From NCBI GenBank assembly GCA_050506795.1, contig JBJHCF010000054.1, forward strand, positions 1 to 29,598: a stretch of 29,598 bases of DNA. Reading direction: 5' to 3'. This document shows positions 18,086 through 26,768 of the stretch, piece after piece. Each line of letters begins with the position of its first letter. The stretch's first letter is position 1. The notes below the pieces were generated by a model. It had not been told where the DNA came from. It saw only the letters and a program-made list of their open reading frames with translations, and did no database searches. The DNA comes from Opitutia bacterium. Its GTDB lineage: Bacteria > Verrucomicrobiota > Verrucomicrobiia > Opitutales > T3Sed10-336. The position numbers were made by a program, and so were the translations under genes.

Positions 18086-19354
18086 ATGTCTGAGATGGAC
18101 ACCCCACAACCCCTGTATGGGGCGAAACAGAGCCCGGCGGTTTTCAGCCCACTTGCTGAGAGCCAGCGGCATGAGTTGATCGACGCCGTGCGCGGCTTTG
18201 CGATTCTCGGGATCTTCCTGGTCAATATGATCGGTTTCAAGACGCCGTTCATCGCCACATCCGCCATTGGGGGATTGTGGCATTCCGGGCTGGCGAATCA
18301 GTGGACGCTGGTGGCTATCGATGTATTCGCGGCTCATAAGTTTTTCCCCATCTTTTCACTTGTTTTCGGAATTGGAATGGCGCTCCAGTATCGACGGAGC
18401 CAGGCCGTGGAACGTCCGTTCCGCGGCTTTTTCTTTCGGCGGATGCTTGTATTGCTTGTGCTGGGAGTTTTGCATGGGGTCTTGTTGTGGGCGGGGGATA
18501 TCCTTGCCATCTATGCACTGTGCGGAATCTTCGGTCTCATCTTTATTGGAAGGCGCCCGCTCGTTCTGGCGGGGTGGGCCGTTGGTTTTTTTCTCTTTTC
18601 CCTGCTGTCGATCGGAGGGCTGATATACATGCATGCCGCCCTTGGCGACGATACGGAATGGTGGCTCCGAATGGGAGAGTGGTGGTTCGAGGCTTACAGC
18701 AAGGGGAGTTGGGACGAGATCCTCCTGGCCCGCCTGGCGGAGTGGGGGATGATGTGGATTTCGGCGATCAGCTATTTTGTTTCGTTTGTTTTTTCGTTCA
18801 TTCTGCTCGGGATGATCATCGGGAGCACCGGAACGCTGGATAGGCTGGACCAGTGGAGGCCCAGACTGTTCTTTTTCGCCGCGACAGGAATTCCTTGCGG
18901 TATCTTGTTGAACGGCATTTGGGTGGCCGAGGCGGTCGGCCAGCCGATGACCCTTGGGGTCTATGTCTTGGCGTATATTGCCAGCTTTGTGGGTAGCGCC
19001 TGGCTTTCGCTATCATATTTGACTTGCCTATATTTTCTGGTGACAAGCAGAAAGGTAAGGTGGCTGGTCACGCGTCTGACAGCGGTGGGGCGGCTGGCAC
19101 TGACCCATTATCTGCTGCAATCCATCGTGGCCAATGCAATTTTCATGAGTTGGGGTTTCGGAATGTATGGCCAGGTGGAGGCTCAGGTCGGAGTCCTGAT
19201 CGTGCTCACGGTGTTTGCTTTCCAACTCCTTGTCAGCCCCTGGTGGCTTCGCCATTTCGCGATTGGCCCGTTCGAATGGTTGTGGCGGACGCTAGCCTAT
19301 GGCCACGCGCCCCCCTTTCGGCGGAAGGCCGCGGAGCGGGAAAAGCGGGAGTAA
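18086..19354 (+). CDS. DUF418 (YeiB-like) membrane protein
   Basis: RHELIDAVRGFAILGIFLVN, KFFPIFSLVFGIG, LLWAGDILAIYA, VGRLALTHYLLQS, GPFEWLWRTLAYG. Confidence 0.92.
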   Translation: MSEMDTPQPLYGAKQSPAVFSPLAESQRHELIDAVRGFAILGIFLVNMIGFKTPFIATSAIGGLWHSGLANQWTLVAIDVFAAHKFFPIFSLVFGIGMALQYRRSQAVERPFRGFFFRRMLVLLVLGVLHGVLLWAGDILAIYALCGIFGLIFIGRRPLVLAGWAVGFFLFSLLSIGGLIYMHAALGDDTEWWLRMGEWWFEAYSKGSWDEILLARLAEWGMMWISAISYFVSFVFSFILLGMIIGSTGTLDRLDQWRPRLFFFAATGIPCGILLNGIWVAEAVGQPMTLGVYVLAYIASFVGSAWLSLSYLTCLYFLVTSRKVRWLVTRLTAVGRLALTHYLLQSIVANAIFMSWGFGMYGQVEAQVGVLIVLTVFAFQLLVSPWWLRHFAIGPFEWLWRTLAYGHAPPFRRKAAEREKRE

Positions 19355-19547
19355 TGGACGAGAGGCGACCTGCCACAATCTACCGCTTGCGAGAGCGATG
19401 CGGTAGGCTTCCGGCCGAGTTCGGGATAAAGCGGTCTTTGGCTTAGCCCAGCAGCCGGTGGGAGCGGACGCCCTTTCCGGCATGCCAGGACCAGCAATCC
19501 AGTAGTCCGGGTACCACGAGGGGTGCGAGCGTCTTCCAACTGCCGTC

Positions 19548-20120
19548 GTCCGGCGAAGCGGGCGATCCGCCGAGGATGCCCAGGATCTGACTCAGGCCTT
19601 TTTTGCCCGGCTGCTCGAGAAGGATTATCTCCGTCTGGTCACGCCGGAAAAGGGACGGTTCCGCACGTTCCTCCTGGTCGCGCTGGAGCGGTTTCTCGCC
19701 CGGGAGTGGCACAAAAGCCAAACGATTAAGCAGGGCGGGAAAGCCGTTTTTCTGCCGGTCGCTTTATCGGAAGCCGAAAAGCGTTACGCGATCGAAGTCG
19801 TGGATGAGGTGTCACCCGAGGTAGTGTACGACCGGCAATGGGCGCTGACGCTGCTGGAGAGATTGAAGGCTTCTTATGAATCATCCGGGCGCGGTCATTT
19901 CTACGAACGGTTCAAAGACCGGCTCACCGCATCGACCCAGGCCGAGTCGTTCGCGGAGCTGGCGCGCGAGGCGGGGATGACCGAGAACGCGGCTCGGGTT
20001 GCGGTTCATCGAATGCGAAAAAGGTTTCGCGACTTGTTTCGTGCGGAGTTGGCCGAAACCGTCACGGAGGAACACTTGGAGGAAGAAATGCGGCACCTTC
20101 GGCGAATCCTTTCCTCGTAG
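19548..20120 (+). pseudogene. 5'-truncated copy of the 8144 ECF sigma factor
   Basis: Homology starts at VRRSGRSAEDAQD, so about 51 N-terminal aa are missing. In-frame TAG at 19503 with no start codon between it and the homologous region. Internal 4-aa deletion. Confidence 0.9.
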
Positions 20121-20206
20121 CGGTAACGATTCGCGCGATTTGTGAATGAATGGGTTGGGGGAACGCGCGTTATGACGGGTTCACGCCAACACTGCCCGCG
20201 CTGCCA
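19548..20206 (+). repeat. Direct repeat copy 2
   Basis: Matches 8297-8967. Confidence 0.95.
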
Positions 20207-20307
20207 TCGTGCCGCCGATCGGCGAAGCGCTCCAGTGCGCCCACAAAAAAGGAGTTGTGAACCGCGACATAAAGCCGGAAAACATCCTCATCGAAGATTC
20301 TTGCTGA
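20172..20307 (+). pseudogene. Ser/Thr kinase remnant with internal deletion and frameshift
   Basis: [11 protein letters not shown], then in another frame from 20203 [34 protein letters not shown]. This matches [31 protein letters not shown] of the 12514 kinase. Confidence 0.88.
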
Positions 20308-20427
20308 GCGATCCGACAGAACAGACGAGCCAGGCGGTCCTTCTCACTTGCGTTCCTGCGGCTAACGTCCGAGCATCGGAAACGGACAGGAGTTTCGTAG
20401 TTCGGTAAGGTCGGAGAATTTGGTCCT

Positions 20428-20461
20428 GTAGGATTCTGTCGGCGAAGCCCGACAGAATCCT
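20428..20461. repeat. Perfect 13-bp hairpin overlapping a GTAG tetranucleotide (REP-like)
   Basis: aggattctgtcgg-cgaagc-ccgacagaatcct (20430-20461). No U-tract. Confidence 0.7.
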
Positions 20462-20480
20462 GGGACAAGGCGGATTTGAT

Positions 20481-21695
20481 ATGAACAACGATGAAACCAT
20501 ACGGCGGATCGTGAGCGAGGTGATGTCGAGGCTCCAGGAGCCGGCGGATGTACGGGTTTTTTCGCCGCCGGACGCTGCGCGGCCGACTCGCGGGCGGGTG
20601 GCGCGGTTGGTGGCTCCCGGGAAGCTGGAGATTAGCGAGTTCCCTTTGCGTTCCATCGGCCCGGATGAGATTCTGGTGAAAGTCGAGGCCTGTGGGATTT
20701 GCGGAACGGACACCCATTGTTACCGCTCGGATCCTTTCGGTCTGGCGCCGTTGGTGCTCGGACACGAGGGGACAGGCGAGGTGCTGGAAGTCGGTTCCGC
20801 GGTGGTGATGGACGGGGTGGGCAAGCCGGTGCGGCCGGGAGACAGAATCGTCACCAGCATTCTGGAGACTTCGGATGCTTGTATGATAGCGAAGTATAAC
20901 CCGCTCAAGGCGAATTTGTGTGATGATTTGAAGGTTTACGGTCTGCTCCCGGATGAGCCGGACAACCATTTTAACGGTTACTTCGGGGAGTACCTCATCA
21001 TTCGTCCCGGCTCCTCATTTTTTGTGGTCAATGACATGAGCGTCGACCTCCGGGTCCTTATCGAACCCGCCGCCGTGGTTTGCCATGCTCTTGAGCGAGC
21101 CAAGAATTGCGGAGTGAACCTCAATTTTCGGACGCGGGTCATTGTGCAGGGATGCGGGCCGATCGGCTTGTTGATGGTCGCGGTTTTGAAGACTTGCGGC
21201 GTGAACAATATCATCGCGATTGACGGGTCCTCCGAACGTTTGGCCACCGCTCGGAAGATGGGGGCGGACGAGGTCTTGAATTACAAGGATTACGGGGGTA
21301 TCGACGAGTTGGCCGCCGCTGTGGCCGGCTTGACCAAGGGTCTCGGGGCGCATTTCGGCTTCCAGGCGACTGGTGTGCCGGCCGCGTTCGCGTCGCTTTT
21401 TAAATGTATCCGCCGGGGTGGCGGTATCTGTGAGATCGGGCACTTTGTTGACGGAGGTGAGTGCCGGATCAATCCTCATCAGGATATTTGCAAAAAGGAG
21501 ATCACCGTGACGGGGAGCTGGGTGTACAACAGTTTCGAATACCCGAACGCCTACCATTTCCTCCAGCGTGCCGAACGTATCGGGCTTCCCGTGACGGACC
21601 TCATTACTCATCGCTTTCCGCTGGATCGGATTCAGGACGCATTTGACGTCGCGCTGAGCCAGGAGGGAATCAAGATCGTGGTTGAGTCCGGGTAA
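20481..21695 (+). CDS. Zinc-dependent (MDR family) alcohol/polyol dehydrogenase with N-terminal extension
   Basis: CGICGTDTH, GHEGTG, IEPAAV, Rossmann GCGPIG, LITHRFPL. Confidence 0.92.
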   Translation: MNNDETIRRIVSEVMSRLQEPADVRVFSPPDAARPTRGRVARLVAPGKLEISEFPLRSIGPDEILVKVEACGICGTDTHCYRSDPFGLAPLVLGHEGTGEVLEVGSAVVMDGVGKPVRPGDRIVTSILETSDACMIAKYNPLKANLCDDLKVYGLLPDEPDNHFNGYFGEYLIIRPGSSFFVVNDMSVDLRVLIEPAAVVCHALERAKNCGVNLNFRTRVIVQGCGPIGLLMVAVLKTCGVNNIIAIDGSSERLATARKMGADEVLNYKDYGGIDELAAAVAGLTKGLGAHFGFQATGVPAAFASLFKCIRRGGGICEIGHFVDGGECRINPHQDICKKEITVTGSWVYNSFEYPNAYHFLQRAERIGLPVTDLITHRFPLDRIQDAFDVALSQEGIKIVVESG

Positions 21696-24009
21696 TGGGA
21701 CCGAGGGCCTGAAGCGTCTCGCGGATGGCGCGCAGCAGTACATCGGAGGAGTAGGGCTTTTGCAGGAATCGGAACTTGCTGCAGGCTTCCCGGGTCGTGT
21801 CGTTGAGATCGGGGATGTAGCCGCTGGTGAAAATGACTTTGAGAGTCGTTTTTTCGCTGAGGAGTTTTGTGGCCAGATCGAAGCCGGAAATTCCACCGGG
21901 CATGACGATATCGGTGAGGAGGAGATCGATAGGGCCGGGATGGTTGCTCCAGATTTCCAGTGCCTTTGGGCCCGAGTTGGCGGAAAGGACGGTGTATCCT
22001 CGCTGAGTGAGCCGGATGCGGGTCAATTCGAGAACAGGGGAACTGTCCTCCACCAAAAGGATGGTTTCGGTCCCGTGATTGTCTTCGGTCGATGGGGTCG
22101 CTATTCCATGGCAGGTGGTCTTGGCTGTGAGATCGAGCGGGAGGTGAATCGTGAACGTTGTCCCCTCCTTCAATCGGCTGTCTACCTCAATCCAGCCTTC
22201 GTGCTGCTTGACGATACCGTGGGCGGTGGACAGCCCAAGTCCCGTTCCCTTGCCGGGTTCCTTGGTCGTGTAGAAGGGTTCGAATAGGTGCCCCATCACG
22301 TCTGGGGTAATTCCGGTGCCCGTATCGGAAACGCTTAGACGCAGGAAGGGGCCGGGGCGGGCTTCAGGATTGTGGCGAGTGGTTGCCTCATCCAGGTGGA
22401 CGGGCTCAAGGCTGATGGTGAGGGGTCCCCCGTTCGGCATCGCATCGCGGGCGTTGATCGCCAAATTGAGGATAACTTGCTCCATCATGCAGGCATCGGC
22501 GCGGACTGCGGGCAGACGGTCCGGAGTCTTGATCTTGAGTGCAATGTCTTCGCCGAGGATTCGCTCAAGCATTTTGGAGAGGTGTCTCACCGTTTCGCCG
22601 AGATCGATGGGTTGGGCGTTCAGGACTTGTTTGCGGCTGAACAAAAGTAACTGGCGAGTCAGGCGTGTGGCGCGGGTGGTGGCATCTTCGATTACCCTTA
22701 GCATTTCCTGGTAGCGCTCCGGCATGTCGGGGTCGTCGCGGAGAATTGACAGGTAACCCTCCTGGACGGTCAGCACATTATTGTAATCGTGGGCGATTCC
22801 GGCGGTGAGCCGGCCGATGGAGTCGAGTTTCTGGAGCTGGCGCAGTTGTTCCTCAAGGGCTCGCCGGTCCCGAATGTCCCGGGCGATGCCCATGACCCCG
22901 ACGATACATCCATCTCGGCACTGTGGCGTAACGACGCATTCCATGGGGATGGCGTTGCCTGCTGCATCCATGGCTCCAATTTCAAATGAGGGGAGAAGCT
23001 CTCCCTGCATCGCGCGTGTAAACAATTGGGTTGCCTGGGCGTGGCAGTCAGGATGGACCATAGCCAGAAAGGGTTTTCCCAGCATGTCCATGTGTGCCCT
23101 GCCGGTGATCACCTCGGCTGCCGGGTTGAGGGAGATTAGATTCCCGTCGGCGGAAAGGGTGAAAATCGCGTCGCGGGCGCCTTCCACCAGCGTGCGGAAG
23201 CGTTCTTCGGAATTTTTCAGGGCCTCCAGGATACGAAGTTGTTCTGTAACGTCGTGGAGAACGGAGACGAAATGTGTGATTTCGCCTCCTGCGCCAAGGA
23301 CTGGGGTGATGGTCTGCTCAACCTGGAAGATCGTACCGTCCTTATGCCGGTTGACTACTTTACCGATCCAGGTCTTTCCAGATAGGATCGTTTCCCATAG
23401 GTCGCGGTAATAGGTGTCCGAATGGTGTCCGGATTTGAGAACCTCCCGGGGATTGCGACCAATGCACTCCTTTAATGTGTAGCCGGTGAGGGCGCTGAAT
23501 GCCGGGTTGCCCCATATGATGCCACCTTGCTTGTCGGTGAGAAAGACGGCTTCGGCCGCGGCTTCGATGGCGGTGGCGAAAAGGATGAGTCGTTCCTGAT
23601 GGCGATGGAGTTCCGTGATGTCCTCACCCGTGGCCTGGAAATACTGCAGAGTGCCCTCCTTGTCGAAGACGGCCCGATCGGTCCAGCGCTGCCAGCGTTG
23701 GGTGCCGTCGGGAGAGGTAACGGGATGTTCGCTGGTAACGATTGGGTTATCGGGGGTGAGGGAGGACAAGAGGTTCTGGGTCATCGTCCGCTCCTCCTCC
23801 GTGGGAATCAGTTCGAGAAACCTTCGTCCCACCAGTTCCCTGGGAGTTTTTTGAAAGAATCGGGCGTATGCGGCATTAACGAAGGTCAGGGTACAGTCGG
23901 GCAGGAAGGCGCAAATCAGCGAAGGCGTATCCTCCACCAGGCGCCTGTAGTGGTCCTCGTGTCCCTCGGGCGAATCTGGCGATCCAATTGTGTCAACAGG
24001 GTCCTTCAC
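21670..24009 (-). CDS. Cytoplasmic hybrid histidine kinase (three PAS/PAC, HisKA, HATPase, receiver)
   Basis: H-box AGIAHDYNNVLT, N-box NLAINARDAM, DTGTG, FEPFYTTK, GTGLGL. Receiver LLVEDS..LLTDIVMPGG..FLQKP. No TM helix. Overlaps the dehydrogenase 3' end by 26 bp. Confidence 0.95.
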   Translation of the reverse strand: MKDPVDTIGSPDSPEGHEDHYRRLVEDTPSLICAFLPDCTLTFVNAAYARFFQKTPRELVGRRFLELIPTEEERTMTQNLLSSLTPDNPIVTSEHPVTSPDGTQRWQRWTDRAVFDKEGTLQYFQATGEDITELHRHQERLILFATAIEAAAEAVFLTDKQGGIIWGNPAFSALTGYTLKECIGRNPREVLKSGHHSDTYYRDLWETILSGKTWIGKVVNRHKDGTIFQVEQTITPVLGAGGEITHFVSVLHDVTEQLRILEALKNSEERFRTLVEGARDAIFTLSADGNLISLNPAAEVITGRAHMDMLGKPFLAMVHPDCHAQATQLFTRAMQGELLPSFEIGAMDAAGNAIPMECVVTPQCRDGCIVGVMGIARDIRDRRALEEQLRQLQKLDSIGRLTAGIAHDYNNVLTVQEGYLSILRDDPDMPERYQEMLRVIEDATTRATRLTRQLLLFSRKQVLNAQPIDLGETVRHLSKMLERILGEDIALKIKTPDRLPAVRADACMMEQVILNLAINARDAMPNGGPLTISLEPVHLDEATTRHNPEARPGPFLRLSVSDTGTGITPDVMGHLFEPFYTTKEPGKGTGLGLSTAHGIVKQHEGWIEVDSRLKEGTTFTIHLPLDLTAKTTCHGIATPSTEDNHGTETILLVEDSSPVLELTRIRLTQRGYTVLSANSGPKALEIWSNHPGPIDLLLTDIVMPGGISGFDLATKLLSEKTTLKVIFTSGYIPDLNDTTREACSKFRFLQKPYSSDVLLRAIRETLQALGPITRTQPRS

Positions 24010-24124
24010 AACGTACGGCTTTCAGGAGACATTTCGGGTACAATCCTGGAGCGGCGGGCGCTTGAAACCAAATCGGAGCGTATGAGATAAACAGAGTTTG
24101 ACTAAGTGATGCCATTGTTCTTTC

Positions 24125-24153
24125 ACAATAAAATAAGAGCATGAATAAATCAA
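24125..24153 (-). promoter_or_regulatory. Candidate sigma70 promoter for the histidine kinase
   Basis: The minus strand reads TTGATT-N17-TATTGT in an AT-rich gap. Confidence 0.5.
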
Positions 24154-24222
24154 GAAAATTCGGCAGGGTGGCGTGGAGGTTCGGATTGGTGTCGTTGGGA
24201 TTGAGCCGAAGTTCGCCGCAGT

Positions 24223-25716
24223 CTATCGTTCCAGGGTAATCCCGCTTTCCTCCAGGAAGCGGACCGTGGATTGTATGATCTCGCGCCGATACACGATGAG
24301 CGTCAGATCTCGCAGATTCGAGTCCTCCGGCAGGGTAAAGCGAACGTCCGCGGTTTCCCGGGCTCCCATCCCGGAAGAGCGGCGAGAGATTCTACCATCG
24401 GATACCATCCCGTTGGACTCATCCGAGAGGGCGAAACTGTAAAGCCCACCGAACGACTCAAAATGACCCCCGGGAAGCGTGGGCTCAAGGAAGAAGCTGG
24501 GAATGTACGCCCCGAAGGTCACACGGAGTTCGTTGCCGGTCCGGGAAATTCTCTGCACCCCGAGCCGGTTTCCGGAGTGCGCAAATCCCGCCCCATCTTC
24601 GAGCGGTAACCGCCGGTGCTCGACTTGTGTTGAGGCAACCACGTGAAGGTTCAAGAAGAGTCGCCCTTCCTCTTCCCAGTGATCGAGTTCGTCCTCGCTG
24701 ACCTGAAAAACATCGAACTCATAGGCGGGCGTGCCGTCGTTGTGCCGTGGCTGTATCGCACGTTGAGTTGTCATGGGAGCGCTGACCTCGATCCTCCGGT
24801 TCGGAGTGTTCAACGTGGCGTTTCGGACCGAAACCCAGATATCGGCCCCGTCCGGCACATGCTCCATCGTGGCACGTGCCCGATAGACGACATGGGAAAC
24901 TCCGCCCGAACTGTGTGTCCTGTGGCGTGTCAGGTGTTTGTCTTCGAGCTCAGCCACGATACGGGTTTCGCCCGTTGGAATCCGGTAGTCGGAAGGGGTC
25001 AGGATCAGTGCGCCGAGCGCGGCGGGAATGAGCAGGCACCAGGTCAGACCCGTGCGACGAGTCTGAAAAAGAAGCAGGAGCAGACCCAAGGCCACTGCGA
25101 TCCAATACAACGATTGAATCCAGGCGATGTGGTGGGTCCCGAGGTCTCCGGGAAGCGCACCCAGTTCAGTGATCTCCAGTATGCCGACCGGAATGGCGAG
25201 TATGAGCATGAACTGCAGCAAGATCATCCCGATCACCAGCCCGACCGCCAGGACGAGGTACCGGGGAAGTGATCGCGTCTGGGCGGCGAGGAACATCTGA
25301 AAGAGTACCCAGATCATCGAGCCGAATACACCCGCCAGAGCGTAAAGCGCGCGATCCCCACCTCCGTTCATAAGCAGAATGAACGCCTTCGCGATCGCCG
25401 GAATTCCCGCGACCACGATCGTGCAGAATATCAGCTTGGCCAGAAGCACCTGACGTCGCGGAATCGGACGGGTTAACCAATAAGCGTCTGGATCGTTCAA
25501 GGGTTCCTCCTGCACAACAAGGACAATCAGGAAAAAAGCGATCAGAAACCCGACGGTTCCGACCAGGAACGCCAACGAGTGGCTCAATGTCGAATCCTCA
25601 ATACCGAGATCCGTTCCGTACAAGAAGACGCTAAACAGGGATAGCGCGATCAGGATCGCCCAGCCCCAAGCATATCTGCGAATATCTTTAACCAGGACGT
25701 ACAGTGCCTTCTTCAT
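24223..25716 (-). CDS. ABC-2-type permease-like membrane protein with soluble C-terminal domain
   Basis: VLVKDIRR start and YWLTRPIPRRQVLLAKL motif. About seven hydrophobic segments. Starts 6 bp after the ABC ATPase. Confidence 0.75.
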   Translation of the reverse strand: MKKALYVLVKDIRRYAWGWAILIALSLFSVFLYGTDLGIEDSTLSHSLAFLVGTVGFLIAFFLIVLVVQEEPLNDPDAYWLTRPIPRRQVLLAKLIFCTIVVAGIPAIAKAFILLMNGGGDRALYALAGVFGSMIWVLFQMFLAAQTRSLPRYLVLAVGLVIGMILLQFMLILAIPVGILEITELGALPGDLGTHHIAWIQSLYWIAVALGLLLLLFQTRRTGLTWCLLIPAALGALILTPSDYRIPTGETRIVAELEDKHLTRHRTHSSGGVSHVVYRARATMEHVPDGADIWVSVRNATLNTPNRRIEVSAPMTTQRAIQPRHNDGTPAYEFDVFQVSEDELDHWEEEGRLFLNLHVVASTQVEHRRLPLEDGAGFAHSGNRLGVQRISRTGNELRVTFGAYIPSFFLEPTLPGGHFESFGGLYSFALSDESNGMVSDGRISRRSSGMGARETADVRFTLPEDSNLRDLTLIVYRREIIQSTVRFLEESGITLER

Positions 25717-25722
25717 TATTCG

Positions 25723-26463
25723 CTAGAGTTGAACGGCCCTCGCGGCCAGGATTTCGCGCAAGGTCATGGCCTCGATGGTGACGTCAACTTGTCCGCCCGT
25801 CTCCTCTTTCAGCAGGGCTTCGACGGCGGGATCGAAGTTTTCGATGATCGCAACCGAACGATTGTCTCCTTCGGATTGAACACGTATCGTACGAAGCCGC
25901 TCTTTTGGCAGCTCCTCCAGGTTCAGGTTGCCGAAGCGAATCCGTCGGTGCCGCGACAGGAACTCGCGAAGCGGCTCGTCCACCACCACCAGGCCCTTGC
26001 CGAGAATCACCAGCCGGTCTGCCACCGGCTCGACCTCCTCCACGTCGTGCGTCGTGAGAATCGTGGTCAAACGGTGCTCTCTCGCCAATGACTTCAACAG
26101 GTCACTCAACTGGGCTCGCGTTTCAACATCCAGTCCGCTGAACGGCTCGTCAAGCAGCAGCACACCCGGGCGCGACGGCAGGACGCTGGTCACGGCGATT
26201 TTCATTTTCTGACCCCGGGAGAGAAACTTGATCTTTTGGCGCTCGTCCACCTGGAACCCGGCGAGTAACCGTTCGCAGAAATCCCGGTCCCATTTCGAAT
26301 AAAACTGACCGCAATAGTCGAGGTACTGCCGCACCGTCATCCACAGTGGGAGCTTCTGGCTCTCAGAAACAAAAGCCACTTTGTCAAAATCGTCCCCGTC
26401 CAACCTATCGCAACGCCGTCCGAGCAGTTCCGCCCGGCCCTCCAGAGGAATAGGCGACGCCAT
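25723..26463 (-). pseudogene. ABC transporter ATP-binding protein lacking Walker A (5'-truncated)
   Basis: Q-loop region FVSE, signature LSRGQ, Walker B LLLDEPFSGLD and H-loop TTHD are present. There is no GxxGxGKT and the ORF starts at ..EGRAELLG. Confidence 0.75.
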
Positions 26464-26768
26464 TCGATTAAGACTACGCTGCTGGACCTCCGGACCAAAT
26501 TGAATGGCTTATTCAGGAGAGAAGCATCCTTATTAAGAATGTGATTGGTGTCCGAGCCCCCAGACCAGGCTTGATCGGGAGATGGGTTTGTCGTAGAGGT
26601 GACGGGTGACGCGTATCGGATCAGGTACCGAAAATTTCCGGTAGGCTAATGAAACGTTGGGGCTGACCGCTCGTTACGTTTCGTGGTAGAGCGATTTTTC
26701 TGTTTTTCCGAGAACGCACCCCGGACAATAGGGAAAGTTATTCAAGGCGGTTCTGGAGAATACGTTTT

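Noticed and set aside
19456..19545. REP-like element (gtgggagcggacgcc) at the sigma truncation point
   Set aside because: The complementary arm is too degenerate to call without genome-wide copies.
19800..20120. Standalone 106-aa sigma region-4 protein
   Set aside because: It starts at an internal GTG of a truncated duplicate whose homology extends to 19548. Expression is not excluded but is unsupported.
8297..20206. The direct repeat as a DGR template/variable pair
   Set aside because: Differences are not adenine-specific, many are synonymous, and no reverse transcriptase is present.
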